Of a stretch of DNA of 55,769 nt, positions 9,086-19,688 are shown in pieces; positions within the stretch are counted from its first letter, which is position 1, and every line of letters begins with the position of its first letter. The DNA lies in NCBI GenBank assembly GCA_022013205.1, contig JAKLQT010000198.1:1-55769 (forward strand), written 5' to 3'. Origin of the DNA: Candidatus Omnitrophota bacterium. Lineage in GTDB: Bacteria; Omnitrophota; Gorgyraeia; B26-G9. A program made the position numbers and the translations under genes. The notes under the pieces were generated by a model. The model was given only the letters and a program-made list of their open reading frames with translations. It searched no databases and was not told the DNA's origin.

Positions 9086-11014
9086 GTGATTGCTCATATG
9101 CATAATACAAAATTTTTTATTAAAAAAGAAAAGGCAAGAGAAAATTTGGCGGTATTTTTTTTAGTTATTGCTATATTAATTTTTACACTTCCTTTGATGT
9201 TTAATATTGATAAAGCATTTACTTTTTATCAGAAAAATTGCGCAAATAATTTTCAAGATCTTTATTTTAACGGTTTTTTTTACCGTAACACAATCCTGAA
9301 TAATAACCAGCTCCCCCTATGGATGCCTTTTCGAGAAGGAGGAGCTTATGGGGTTGGTATTCCAGGTGAAATTTCTTTGAATCCGTTATCAATATGCATA
9401 TTGATTTTCGGCGTTATTAAAGGATTTAATTTAAGCTGGTATATTCTGTATATTATTGGTGGGCTTTCGATGTACTATTTAACGCGATTTGTTTTGAAAT
9501 TCAATTTACTTGGGGCCCTGTACTCTTCTGTTGTTTTTTCCATGAATGCGTTTTTCCCGCTTAAGCAGCTCGAAGGATTTATATATGCCAGGGAAACAAT
9601 TTTATTGCCGCTTTTAATAGCGTTTTTTATAAAATCACAGCAAAAAAATAAATATATCTTTTTTACAGCCTTAATTCTGAGCTTGTTTTTCATACAAACA
9701 GGCTTATATTTTTGTGTCGTTATGCTATTACTTTTTTTTATTACCACTTTTGAATCTATTAAAGTAGGGAGAAATAATGAAGTTATATTAAAGAAAAGAT
9801 ATTTCATTGTTATTTCAATGAGTTTAATCTTAGCATTGCTTTTATCCCTGCAGAAGTTATTTCCTCTTTTGGAAACAATGCGAATTAATTTAGAGATAAG
9901 CGGGGCAATGTATAAAAGCACAGTTTTGAATACGCTTTCCTTAAGTGAATTTTTTGAGTATCTTACTATACCGAAAAATTTTGAATCAGATACTATGTAT
10001 GTAGGATATCTGCCTGTTTTACTGTGTTTATTTTCTGGAATAATTTATTTTAAGAAAATGAGGAATTGGCTGTTTATGTTATTTATATTTATAATATTGT
10101 CTTTGGGGCCTAATCCTTTCTATGATTTGCATTATTTTTTGTCGTATTTGCCGGGATTTAGATCAATAATTGAATCAGCTAAATATTATGCTTTAGTTAT
10201 TATTTTTTTAATTAGTCTAATAAGCGGTGCGTTTTTTTTATTGCTTACGAAAAAATCCTCTAAACTAATAAAGTTTTTATTTGTTGTTTTATTAGTTTTG
10301 ACTTACGGTGACTTGTTATGGGCTAATAGCAGATATTTTAATTTTTTTAAAACTGAGATTATCCCTAAAGTTCAGCATAGTTCTTTTTTTCAGGTACAGT
10401 TAATTAATGTTAATAAAGATGATGTAGGTACTCAATCCGTAATTCCAACCGCTCTTTATCAAAAGGGTATTGGCAGTATTGATTATACCTATGTAGACAA
10501 AAAGCGCCTTTTGGATGGAGACGGTATCCCTGAAATTATTAAAAAAGAGATTCAGGTCACCCCTAAGTATTTTTTGTTGCCGCAGTATGCTTTTTTAATT
10601 CCGAAAACAGGATTCTTTTTTGTATCAAATGCTTATTATAATGGTGAAGCATTTTTTCTATCGGCGCAAAATAAAATGAAGTCGTTATCAATTACGCCTA
10701 ATGTAATAAAGATACGAGTAGAAGTTGCTAAGCCGGATTACCTGATTATTAATCAAAATTATTCAAAATGGTGGAGATCGGATAATTTTGAGTTAAAGAA
10801 TTATAAAGGTAGGATTGCTATATTTGTAAATAAACTGGGCAACAATGAAATATTAATTTATTTTATGCCGATTAACTTCTATGGGGGATTAGTAATTTCT
10901 ATTTTTGTATTGATCATGTCTGTATGGATATTTTTCAAAAAAGATTTTAGTAGAAAAACATATTATTATGTTGAAGAAAAGAGATGTAAAAACGTTACTG
11001 CGTGTGGGCAATAA
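9086..11014 (+). CDS. Large polytopic membrane protein, YfhO-like (GT-C-type) candidate
   Basis: 642 aa with many TM segments, a large extracytoplasmic C-terminal region and a final TM (GGLVISIFVLIMSVWIFF). First loop QDLYFNGFFYRNTILNNNQLPLWMPFREGGAYGVG..P resembles the YfhO-family pattern (..lPlW.p....G.p). GTG start at 9086; alternative ATG at 9098. Confidence 0.6.
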   Translation: MIAHMHNTKFFIKKEKARENLAVFFLVIAILIFTLPLMFNIDKAFTFYQKNCANNFQDLYFNGFFYRNTILNNNQLPLWMPFREGGAYGVGIPGEISLNPLSICILIFGVIKGFNLSWYILYIIGGLSMYYLTRFVLKFNLLGALYSSVVFSMNAFFPLKQLEGFIYARETILLPLLIAFFIKSQQKNKYIFFTALILSLFFIQTGLYFCVVMLLLFFITTFESIKVGRNNEVILKKRYFIVISMSLILALLLSLQKLFPLLETMRINLEISGAMYKSTVLNTLSLSEFFEYLTIPKNFESDTMYVGYLPVLLCLFSGIIYFKKMRNWLFMLFIFIILSLGPNPFYDLHYFLSYLPGFRSIIESAKYYALVIIFLISLISGAFFLLLTKKSSKLIKFLFVVLLVLTYGDLLWANSRYFNFFKTEIIPKVQHSSFFQVQLINVNKDDVGTQSVIPTALYQKGIGSIDYTYVDKKRLLDGDGIPEIIKKEIQVTPKYFLLPQYAFLIPKTGFFFVSNAYYNGEAFFLSAQNKMKSLSITPNVIKIRVEVAKPDYLIINQNYSKWWRSDNFELKNYKGRIAIFVNKLGNNEILIYFMPINFYGGLVISIFVLIMSVWIFFKKDFSRKTYYYVEEKRCKNVTACGQ

Positions 11015-12002
11015 AATAGCGGCAGCCCGGCTGCGAAAAAGAATGCGCCTAATTACGGTTGAATTTGCCTTGACTTATCGGTGCAACCTGCAATGTGGTT
11101 ATTGCGCACAGGTGCATGCTGAGGAATTCCGTCATATCAAGGCTCATGACCTTTCATTTGATCAGGTCAGGCAGGTGATGGATAATCTGGATTTTCTTGG
11201 GGTAGAAAGGGTTAATATTTCAGGGGGGGAACCTTTGCTGCGTGAAGATATTGATGATATTATTACGATTGCCGCAAAAAAAAAGTTTTTCCTCACCCTG
11301 GTTACTAATGGTATGTTTGTTTATAAGCACTTAAAGGCGTTAAAATTAGTTGACCTGCTTAGTATTAGTCTCGACGGGACAGAGCAGACTAATGATTATT
11401 TCCGGGGCAAAGGGAGTTTTGGCCTTACTTTTAAAGGGATTCATGCGGCGCATGAGGAAAACATTCCATTTGTCTTATCCGCGGTTGTTACGGCTAAGTT
11501 TACAAGAGAAGATATCAATTTTTTACTTGAACTCTGTGAACAACTGAATGTGCAGTGTGCTATTGTACCGATGATTTCATTTGGAATCTGTGCGGATCAA
11601 ATTAAAGAAGTAAAGCAGTTTAAGAATGTTGTTGCAAATGCCTATGTTATAAAAGACATGTTTAGTTATCTTAGAGTGCATAGGTTACGCCGTTTTTTGA
11701 TTGGCGGAGATTATTGGTGTAAGGCTGTGATTGATTATTATAGTAATAATAATAAAAAGCAAAAGCGCTGTATGGCAGGATGCTTATTTTTTAATATAAA
11801 GGCTAATGGCACGGTAACTGCGTGCAGTCTTAGTGCTGATTCACTTTTTGCCGCAAAAGCTTATGAGCATGATTTTCTCGACAGCTGCTCGGGCAAAATA
11901 CCTTCTTTTAATTGTTTGCGTTGTTTATGCTTTTCGTATTATGTCCTTAACTGTATGGCAGATGGTGAGTTGAGAACATTATGGACAATGTTCAGAAGTT
12001 AA
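10968..12002 (+). CDS. Radical SAM enzyme (MoaA/SPASM-twitch-like)
   Basis: ALTYRCNLQCGYCAQ motif and ISGGEPLLRED. C-terminal Cys-rich part CMAGCLFFNIKANGTVTACS...CLRCLC. Overlaps the upstream gene by 47 nt; alternative start at Met 11043. Confidence 0.8.
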   Translation: MLKKRDVKTLLRVGNKIAAARLRKRMRLITVEFALTYRCNLQCGYCAQVHAEEFRHIKAHDLSFDQVRQVMDNLDFLGVERVNISGGEPLLREDIDDIITIAAKKKFFLTLVTNGMFVYKHLKALKLVDLLSISLDGTEQTNDYFRGKGSFGLTFKGIHAAHEENIPFVLSAVVTAKFTREDINFLLELCEQLNVQCAIVPMISFGICADQIKEVKQFKNVVANAYVIKDMFSYLRVHRLRRFLIGGDYWCKAVIDYYSNNNKKQKRCMAGCLFFNIKANGTVTACSLSADSLFAAKAYEHDFLDSCSGKIPSFNCLRCLCFSYYVLNCMADGELRTLWTMFRS

Positions 12003-12078
12003 GTAATATTATAATTGCTTTTTTGATTTTGGCTATTGTTGTTTGGAAAAAGTCAAAAGCAAATCATAGGGGATCATA

Positions 12079-13596
12079 ATGCTTATAACATTTATACATT
12101 CTGAATTACAGGCTCTAGGTATTGAGTATCTTTCGGCCATATTAAAAGCAAAAGGATATCGTACTGAATTTGTTGTTGATCCCTGTTTTCAGTTTCTAAA
12201 TAAGCAGGGGGCAATACTTAAATTCATGATGAGATTACGTAAAAAGATTGTTCAAAGTGTTTTGGATAAAAACCCGGCGATGGTTGCTTTTTCGGTTAAT
12301 GCCCGTAATGGACCATGGGCTCAAGAAATGGCGCGTGAGATTAAAAGCCTTTCTGATGTGCCGATTGTTTTCGGAGGGATTCAGCCCACATTGGTTCCGG
12401 AGGCTTTTTTAAGAGATGATGCTGTCGACTATGTTATTCGGGGAGAAGCAGATCTGATTTTTACCGAATTAATAAAGAGATTAGAGCAAAATCTACCGTT
12501 AGATAGTGTCGATGGCTTGGTTTATAAAAATAAAGGAAGAATGGTGTCTAATCCTTTGGGAGTACCTATTAGTGATCTCGACGCGCTTCCTTTTGCTGAT
12601 AAGGATATTTTACCGAATTGGTTTAATAAAAAACTATATCGTATTATCACCAGTAGAGGATGTCCAGGCCAATGTACATATTGCTGTGCTCCCATAATTA
12701 ATAAGCTTTACAGTGCTAATACTTCGTCTATTCGCCGGCGTTCATCTGGAAATGTTATCCGTGAACTTGAAGTTGCCCGGGAAAGGTTTAAAATAGAAAG
12801 GGTTTTTTTTGAGGACGATTTGTTCACCTTTGAATATGAATGGGTTGAACAATTTTCGCTTGAGTACAAACGGCGAATTAATCTTCCTTGTCTTGTTCAT
12901 GCAACTTTAAATACGCTTACTGAACCTATGATCAGGTTGCTGGAGCGGATGCAGTGTGTTATTGTTGAAGTGGGAGTGCAGAGCCTGAATCCTGTTATTC
13001 GCAGCGATATTCTAAAACGCTATTACTCCAATGATCAAATACGTGAGGTTATTAAATTGCTGCGCCAACATGGGATTTGCTGCCTTTGTGATAACATTAT
13101 AGGCCTGCCGAAGCAGAATGAAGGCGATCTGGTTAATATGGTAAAGTTTTATAATGAGCTTAGGCCGGGAAAAATTGAAATTCTTAAGCTGGAATATTAT
13201 CCGGGAGCGCCGATTGTTAAGCAGGCAGGGCTTTGTGAAAAAAAGCAGATGGCTCTTTGCCAAGGCCGGCTTATTGTCGCTTCGCAGGATAACCGGCATT
13301 GTATAAAAATGATGCAGCTTATCGGCCTATCGTATATTATGCCCAGGATGCTTATCAGTTTTTTATTGAAATATAAATTATATCGATGGTTCTTGCCGAT
13401 TTCTGATGTAAATCATTTTAATCAATTGATATATTATTGTTCGGCTGTGTTTCGTAAAGACAGGCGAAAAATATTAATTGGGCTGCGTTTGGATGTTGTT
13501 CATAAATTCCGCTACATTATGGAGAAGGTATTTAGAAACCAAAAGTGTAAACCTGATCTGCATAAAAAAAGGAGAACTCTCCTTCTAAGGGGATAG
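12079..13596 (+). CDS. Class B (B12-binding-domain) radical SAM enzyme
   Basis: N-terminus MLITFIHSELQALGIEYLSAILKAKGY resembles 24795 and 26393. IVFGGIQPT; rSAM motif ITSRGCPGQCTYCCA; VGVQS...GLPKQ. Confidence 0.85.
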   Translation: MLITFIHSELQALGIEYLSAILKAKGYRTEFVVDPCFQFLNKQGAILKFMMRLRKKIVQSVLDKNPAMVAFSVNARNGPWAQEMAREIKSLSDVPIVFGGIQPTLVPEAFLRDDAVDYVIRGEADLIFTELIKRLEQNLPLDSVDGLVYKNKGRMVSNPLGVPISDLDALPFADKDILPNWFNKKLYRIITSRGCPGQCTYCCAPIINKLYSANTSSIRRRSSGNVIRELEVARERFKIERVFFEDDLFTFEYEWVEQFSLEYKRRINLPCLVHATLNTLTEPMIRLLERMQCVIVEVGVQSLNPVIRSDILKRYYSNDQIREVIKLLRQHGICCLCDNIIGLPKQNEGDLVNMVKFYNELRPGKIEILKLEYYPGAPIVKQAGLCEKKQMALCQGRLIVASQDNRHCIKMMQLIGLSYIMPRMLISFLLKYKLYRWFLPISDVNHFNQLIYYCSAVFRKDRRKILIGLRLDVVHKFRYIMEKVFRNQKCKPDLHKKRRTLLLRG

Positions 13597-13825
13597 GCCC
13601 GGATTAAGTTACTTTTTAAAAAGCAGCCAGTATATTAAAACAAAATCGCTTGTTTATTTGAATATTAATACCATTTGTGATAACAGAAAAAGGGATTTTA
13701 AGATATGCAAAAATTGTATCTATAAACTTTTCTTTAAGACTGATGACGGACAACTGCGTTGTAGAGGAACCGGGGCAGATGTTAGCGATTGGCTTCTTAA
13801 TGAGTTTAAAGTGCCGAATAAGTAG
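13589..13825 (+). pseudogene. C-terminal remnant (about 78 codons) of a fifth Tes/MJ0619-like radical SAM paralogue
   Basis: A stop-to-stop frame reads GDRPGLSYFLKSSQYIKTKSLVYLNINTICDNRKRDFKICKNCIYKLFFKTDDGQLRCRGTGADVSDWLLNEFKVPNK*. It aligns residue for residue with the end of ORF 15503..16873 (KGLSFFKKNNRYLKTNSFIYLNVSTTCDNHKIDYKITRNCIFGMVFKGKDGILRFRGTGADMCDAL). There is no N-terminal part and no start codon. Confidence 0.75.
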
Positions 13826-13915
13826 ATAGAGATGTTTTTTAAGGGAAAAACAAGGGGATATAATTTGTTTTTAATAAATAATTCTGGTATTTATCTAAGG
13901 AAGGAATAAATAATA

Positions 13916-15493
13916 ATGAGAAAAAAACTGCTGTTTGTGCGATGCCCCAAGTATATGTGGCCGTGGGTTAATGAATCAGATAACTTTCTTCTGCCTTTGG
14001 GGCTTCCTGCGCTTGCCGCGAGCTTACGGGTTAACATTAAGGACCTTGAGGTGAAAATAATTGATTGTGCTCCTCTTAAGATCGGATGGGAGAGGCTTGC
14101 GCAAATGGTCAAAGAAGAAAACCCTGATTTTATCGGAGCAGGAGAAGAGGCATTATACCATCACGAAGCAGTCAAACTTTTTCAAATTGCTAAAGGATAT
14201 AACAAGCATGTAGTTACAATTGCCGGGGGCCATTATTTTTCCTGGATGGTTGAAAAAAGCCTCAGGGAGTATTCAGTGGATATCATCGTTCGTTTTGAAG
14301 GAGAAGAAACAATTGTCAGTCTTATGGATGCTTTGCTCAATAATCGGGATTTATCAACTGTCGAGGGGATAGCTTTTAAGCGCGGGGAACAGATTGTAAA
14401 GACTTCGCTGCGGCCCTATATTAAAAATCTCGACGATCTTCCTGTTCCGGCCTTTGATTTAATGCCGATGATGGATTACGCGAAAAAAGGTATTTTCTGG
14501 CCGGTTAGTGCGACGATTGAAGGTTCACGAGGGTGTATCGACACCTGCAGCTACTGCGCGTTGTGGACATATTGGGGAAACCAGAAAAAACATGATATCG
14601 AAAATGGAGAACTGGAGGTGACGCCGTTTTACAGGCAGAAGAGTGTGGCGCGTGTTATGGAAGAGGTGGACATCTTATGCCGCAAATATAAACGCCGCCT
14701 TTTACTATGGGCAGATCCTACTTTCAATGTAAATCCGAAATGGACTAATGAACTATGTGATGAGATTCTTAAGCGGGAGTATAAGGTTGAGCATTGGGTA
14801 TTTCTACGTGCTGATTTTGCCTTGCGCGACGCGAAACTGGGAGTTTTAGATAAAATGGTCCGGGCAGGTTTTGTCCATCCCTTGTTTGGTGTTGAAAGAA
14901 GCTGCGCTCAGGAGTGGACACAGCTTAAAAAGCACAACTATAAAAAAGATAGTGTTCGGGAAGTATTTCATATCCTTCGCGATAAACATCCTGAAGTTTT
15001 CAGGCAAGCTACATTTGTGACCTCTTTTCCTTTTGATACAGAGAAATCAATGATGAATTTAGCAAAGTACGCGATAGATATTGATTGTGATTTTCCGGTA
15101 TTTCATCCTATTACGCCAACCCCGGGAACCTATCTTTATGAAGATATGGTGAAAGAGAACTATCTGGAAGAAAAGGATCTTAAAGAGGCGTATTGGGAAT
15201 ATCCTCTGTTAAAAAATGACAATGGGCTTACACGGAAAAAAATGGCGGAAATTAATAGAAAAATTCAAATAATTTCTATTTTTTGTAATCCTAAGACACT
15301 ATTAAAAGGAATTTTTTCGCCTTATGCTGGTAAACGTTTTAGATATCGTGAAGTTTTAAGAACACTTTTTTTAAAAGTTATGGCAATAATTTCGCTTATT
15401 TTTAAGGAGAAGGTATTAAGAAGGAAAAATAAGGGGCCGATACCGCGTTCACTTTTTTTTATTTTAGAGAAACCGGAATGGTATGATAGCTGA
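13916..15493 (+). CDS. Class B (B12-binding-domain) radical SAM enzyme
   Basis: B12-domain-like N-terminus (LLFVRCPKY..., VTIAGGHYFS). rSAM motif EGSRGCIDTCSYCALW; FGVERS. Confidence 0.85.
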   Translation: MRKKLLFVRCPKYMWPWVNESDNFLLPLGLPALAASLRVNIKDLEVKIIDCAPLKIGWERLAQMVKEENPDFIGAGEEALYHHEAVKLFQIAKGYNKHVVTIAGGHYFSWMVEKSLREYSVDIIVRFEGEETIVSLMDALLNNRDLSTVEGIAFKRGEQIVKTSLRPYIKNLDDLPVPAFDLMPMMDYAKKGIFWPVSATIEGSRGCIDTCSYCALWTYWGNQKKHDIENGELEVTPFYRQKSVARVMEEVDILCRKYKRRLLLWADPTFNVNPKWTNELCDEILKREYKVEHWVFLRADFALRDAKLGVLDKMVRAGFVHPLFGVERSCAQEWTQLKKHNYKKDSVREVFHILRDKHPEVFRQATFVTSFPFDTEKSMMNLAKYAIDIDCDFPVFHPITPTPGTYLYEDMVKENYLEEKDLKEAYWEYPLLKNDNGLTRKKMAEINRKIQIISIFCNPKTLLKGIFSPYAGKRFRYREVLRTLFLKVMAIISLIFKEKVLRRKNKGPIPRSLFFILEKPEWYDS

Positions 15494-15502
15494 GGTACAA
15501 GG

Positions 15503-16873
15503 ATGAATCCTGAAAAACTAACTGATGTAACTGTAATTAGAAAAACAAAAAGCCGATGTGTTGAATGTGGAAAGATTGTCGATGCAAGCGTTTTGCAAAG
15601 ACAAGGTAAAATATTTCTGGAGAAAAAATGCCCGGTTCATGGGGATATGCGGGTGCTTCTTTCTGAATGTCCTCAATACTATAAAAAATTGGATTCATAT
15701 TTTTTTTCAGTAACTCCGGATGAATTGAAACGCTGGGCAATGGAAATTGATATTACGTTTCGTTGTAATATGAAATGCCCAATTTGCGCGTGGGGCAATG
15801 ATTTTAGACAGAAAATGTCTCAATTCCCTGAACCGACGATTGAAGAAATTGTTAATTTTTCAAAAAAAAATAAAATTAAAACCGTTCGTCTTTCCGGAGG
15901 TGAACCTACCTGCCGCGATGACCTGGTAGATATTGTTAGAGCTCTTAAGGCTATAAACAAAAGAGTGATAATTAATACAAATGGGGTTAAGCTTCATGAT
16001 TATGATTATGTTTCGAATCTTTATGATGCCGGGGTCGATACAATTAATGTTACCTTTGATGGATTCAGCAGAGAAACAGAGGTGTTTTTAAGAGGGGATG
16101 ATTATTTGCCTTATAAGCTAAAGGCCTTGGATAATCTAAAAACAATGCGAATACCTACAGGCCTGAATATCCGTATAATGAAAGGAATGAATGAGAATCA
16201 GATTAGTAAAATCATTGATTACGCGGTTGCGAATGACCATATAAAACTGTTAAGTTTCGGAACAGTTGGCTGGGTGGGTAACGCGCGTAATTGGCCCGAT
16301 GATAAATATTTTATGCCGGACCAGTTAATTGATGCTATTACTCAGCAGACAGGCAATCAAATCAGGCGTGAAAGTTTTTATCTGTTTCAAAAATTGTTTA
16401 TCGCGGTTGGTTCTTTTTTTAATCAGCGGTGGTGTTTTTATGATTCGGCATCTATTATGCTTTTAAAAGAAAAGGGAACGTACGAGACAGTTGATAAATA
16501 TATTGATTTACGGAAAATTGAACGGTACCTGGATTCTTACGTGCGATTATATAAACGGAATATTTTCATGGCTAAACTTTATTTATTTTTTGCGGGTATT
16601 CTGAGCATAAGACATATAAGGTCAACCAGGTTGCTAAAAGAACTTATGGGTAAAGGCTTGAGTTTTTTTAAAAAAAACAATAGGTACCTCAAGACAAATT
16701 CTTTTATATACCTCAACGTTAGTACTACTTGTGATAATCATAAGATTGATTATAAGATAACCCGGAATTGTATATTTGGGATGGTGTTTAAAGGTAAAGA
16801 CGGGATTCTAAGGTTTCGGGGTACAGGAGCAGACATGTGTGATGCCTTAAATAACGGGCCTCTTCCATTATAA
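15503..16873 (+). CDS. Radical SAM enzyme with N-terminal zinc-ribbon, Tes/GDGT-MAS (MJ0619)-like, paralogue 1
   Basis: CVECGK...(20 aa)...CPVHGD zinc-ribbon; rSAM motif ITFRCNMKCPICAW; LSGGEPTCRDDL; TNGVKL; VTFDGFS; hydrophobic helix MAKLYLFFAGILSI; C-terminal C-D...D...C motif (TTCDNHKIDYKITRNC). Confidence 0.8.
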   Translation: MNPEKLTDVTVIRKTKSRCVECGKIVDASVLQRQGKIFLEKKCPVHGDMRVLLSECPQYYKKLDSYFFSVTPDELKRWAMEIDITFRCNMKCPICAWGNDFRQKMSQFPEPTIEEIVNFSKKNKIKTVRLSGGEPTCRDDLVDIVRALKAINKRVIINTNGVKLHDYDYVSNLYDAGVDTINVTFDGFSRETEVFLRGDDYLPYKLKALDNLKTMRIPTGLNIRIMKGMNENQISKIIDYAVANDHIKLLSFGTVGWVGNARNWPDDKYFMPDQLIDAITQQTGNQIRRESFYLFQKLFIAVGSFFNQRWCFYDSASIMLLKEKGTYETVDKYIDLRKIERYLDSYVRLYKRNIFMAKLYLFFAGILSIRHIRSTRLLKELMGKGLSFFKKNNRYLKTNSFIYLNVSTTCDNHKIDYKITRNCIFGMVFKGKDGILRFRGTGADMCDALNNGPLPL

Positions 16874-16916
16874 AATTTAAAAATTAAAATTGGAATAGAA
16901 AAAAGAAAGCGGTGAA

Positions 16917-18266
16917 ATGCAAGTAAGAGCACAGGAAGACTACAAAATTATCAGGGAAACCCAAAGCATTTGTACTCAATGTTATTCAACTATTAAGGCA
17001 AGTATCGTTGAAAGAAATGATCATGTGTTTTTGCGTAAGGAGTGCTCTGAACATGGTATTTTTGAAGTTCCTTTTGCTTTTAACTCTGAGTTCTATAGAT
17101 TTTTTCAGGAAAAAAGTTTGCCGTTTATGTGCGGGATGCAGTCGCAGTCTGAAATAGAAATTGTTGTTACTTACCGGTGTAATATGCGCTGCCCAATCTG
17201 TTATTGGCAGAAACATAAAGATAAATATGAACAGGTTGAACCCTCTTTAGAAGAATTGGAGCAGTTCATCAGTAAGTATAGAAAAAAAACCTGGCGATTT
17301 ACGCTTACAGGCGGGGAGCCGACTTTGAGAGATGATCTGCCGGAGATTATCTCTATGCTGAAGAAACACGGTAAAGGGATATCAATTAATAGCAACGGCT
17401 TGCGTTTAGCGGATTTTGCCTATGCTCAATCCCTTAAAAGAGCTGGAATTGATAGAGTGAATATGCAGCTTGACGGATTTGATGAGGAAATCGAACGCTA
17501 TATGCGCGGGGATGATTACCGGGCTACTAAACAAAAAGCGCTTAATAATCTTAAGGAGCTTAATATCTGTACCGGAATAAACGCTGTAATTTCCCGTGAT
17601 TACGGGAAAAATCAAATCAGCCAATTGATTGATTTTGCCCTAAAGCATGAATTTATAAAATCAATAACCTGGCTTAGCCTGGTTTATCCCGCGGGCAAAG
17701 AGAAATATAACCCGAAGAATTTTATTATGGCTAATGAGGTTCTTGATTTTATACAAGAGGAGACAAAGGGAAAAATCACAAAACACAATTTTTTGATTCT
17801 CCGTAAACTATATTTGCTTGCCGCGTATTGTTTTTCCCGGGGATGTTGCCGTTACAGTTATATGTATATGTTAATAAGGAAGCAGGGGCATTATGAAGGA
17901 ATAGACAGGTATCTTGATTTAAAAAAAATAAACAAGTTTCTGGACATATGTCAGGGGGTTTTAATAAAGAATAAACTTTTAGGAAAAATATTTTTTCTAA
18001 GTGCTATGCCTGTTGTTCTACTTGTTTGTTTTCGCTCTGTTTCCTTGTTGAAAGAGTTCTTTTGTCGAGGGGTATCTTTTTACCTGCGCGGGAGTTCTTA
18101 TCTTAAACCTATTAATTTTCTCGATTTCAGGGTGGTTACAATATGTGATATAAACAATTTTGACTCTGTCGGAAAACAGTGCTGTTTTGGGATTGCTTTG
18201 AAAGATGATAAAGGGTTATATCGAGATACGATTAGAAATGTTAATCTAAAAATATCTACTTCTTGA
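16917..18266 (+). CDS. Tes/GDGT-MAS (MJ0619)-like radical SAM enzyme, paralogue 2
   Basis: CTQCYS...CSEHGI; VVTYRCNMRCPICYW; LTGGEPTLRDDL; SNGLRL; MQLDGFD; C-terminal ICDINNFDSVGKQCC. Confidence 0.8.
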   Translation: MQVRAQEDYKIIRETQSICTQCYSTIKASIVERNDHVFLRKECSEHGIFEVPFAFNSEFYRFFQEKSLPFMCGMQSQSEIEIVVTYRCNMRCPICYWQKHKDKYEQVEPSLEELEQFISKYRKKTWRFTLTGGEPTLRDDLPEIISMLKKHGKGISINSNGLRLADFAYAQSLKRAGIDRVNMQLDGFDEEIERYMRGDDYRATKQKALNNLKELNICTGINAVISRDYGKNQISQLIDFALKHEFIKSITWLSLVYPAGKEKYNPKNFIMANEVLDFIQEETKGKITKHNFLILRKLYLLAAYCFSRGCCRYSYMYMLIRKQGHYEGIDRYLDLKKINKFLDICQGVLIKNKLLGKIFFLSAMPVVLLVCFRSVSLLKEFFCRGVSFYLRGSSYLKPINFLDFRVVTICDINNFDSVGKQCCFGIALKDDKGLYRDTIRNVNLKISTS

Positions 18267-18296
18267 AACAGGTGATAAAAGTATAGGTAAAAAAAT

Positions 18297-19688
18297 ATGA
18301 CAAATCAGATATTATCCGATAAAAAGGAAAGACAAATTTTGCGAAAAACAGAAGGTGTTTGTGAGCATTGCGGTAATAGGGTCGATGCGTTCATGGTCAA
18401 AATAGGCGAGGATATCTTTTTTGAAAAGCATTGCCCGGAACATGGTATATGCTGTGTACGTATAGCGTTCAGTAAATATTACGAGGGATTGGAAAAGTTT
18501 TATTTCTCAATTACTGAGAAAAAAGAATATTGTAGTGTGGAAATGGTGGAACTGGTAGTCAGCTTCTCTTGTAATATGAATTGCCCGGTATGTTATCTGG
18601 GTGATTTCACTAAGACGTTAAAGGATTATAACCCTACTCTCCAGGAGATAGAACGTTTTCTCAAAACAACACAGCATAGGGCCTTGGTGATTTCCGGAGC
18701 TGAAGCAACCTGCAGAGAAGACCTGTGTGATATTATTAAATTACTTAAGTCTTATGGCAAAACAGTAAGTTTGAATACAAACGGTATTAAACTCACGGAT
18801 TTTGAATATGTCAGCCGGTTAAAAAATGCCGGCCTTGACCGTGTCAATATGCAGTTTACAGGATTTTCAAGTGAAGCCGAAATAACTTTACGCGGGAATG
18901 ATTATATTGAAAAAAAACTTCAGGCACTTGAAAATCTAAGGAAGCTAAATGTTTCAACCGGACTTAATGTCCTGATTGCCGGGGGATTGAATGATAGTCA
19001 GATCGGCAGGATAATAGAATTCGCAGCTAAAAATAAAAATATTAAAATGGTCAATTTAAGCACAATGATATTTGTAGGCAACACAAAAGATTATCCGCGA
19101 TCATACTATCTAATGCCTGATGATATTATTCAGTTTGTAGAAGATCAAACTAAACAAAGCATAAAACCTAATAACGTCTATATTTTTAAAAAACTGGAAA
19201 TTGTAATTTCATCATTCCTGAATAAAAATACCTGTCTTTATCATCAGGGATATGTTTTAGTAAGAAAAGACGGAGGTATTCGTCCAATAGATTATTATGT
19301 TGATTTAGGAAAAATTGAGCCTTACTTAGATAAATATCAGAAGTTATATTTAAGAAACATTGTATTGGCAAAGCTGTATTTGCTCTCAGTGTCTTTGCTT
19401 ATTGCAATCAGGCATGTAAAGATTTTTAAAGCAGCGGGTGAGTTGGTTAGGTATTTCGGCTCATATTTTTTTAACAGGGATTATTTTTTGAACCCAACGA
19501 GTTTGATGACCCTTGTATTTTCAGTTGAATGCGATTATTTACGTAAAGACTATACTATGTACGGGAAGAACTGTCCCTGCAAAGCTGTTTTTTTTGCCAA
19601 GTACTCGAATGGTAAGATAGTAACCGATAGCAGTGCGCATGAGGATACATACTGGTTTCTTTGGAGAAAAAAGAAAACTAAGACATGA
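18297..19688 (+). CDS. Tes/GDGT-MAS (MJ0619)-like radical SAM enzyme, paralogue 3
   Basis: CEHCGN...CPEHGI; VVSFSCNMNCPVCYL; ISGAEATCREDL; TNGIKL; MQFTGFS; C-terminal ECDYLRKDYTMYGKNCPC. Confidence 0.8.
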   Translation: MTNQILSDKKERQILRKTEGVCEHCGNRVDAFMVKIGEDIFFEKHCPEHGICCVRIAFSKYYEGLEKFYFSITEKKEYCSVEMVELVVSFSCNMNCPVCYLGDFTKTLKDYNPTLQEIERFLKTTQHRALVISGAEATCREDLCDIIKLLKSYGKTVSLNTNGIKLTDFEYVSRLKNAGLDRVNMQFTGFSSEAEITLRGNDYIEKKLQALENLRKLNVSTGLNVLIAGGLNDSQIGRIIEFAAKNKNIKMVNLSTMIFVGNTKDYPRSYYLMPDDIIQFVEDQTKQSIKPNNVYIFKKLEIVISSFLNKNTCLYHQGYVLVRKDGGIRPIDYYVDLGKIEPYLDKYQKLYLRNIVLAKLYLLSVSLLIAIRHVKIFKAAGELVRYFGSYFFNRDYFLNPTSLMTLVFSVECDYLRKDYTMYGKNCPCKAVFFAKYSNGKIVTDSSAHEDTYWFLWRKKKTKT

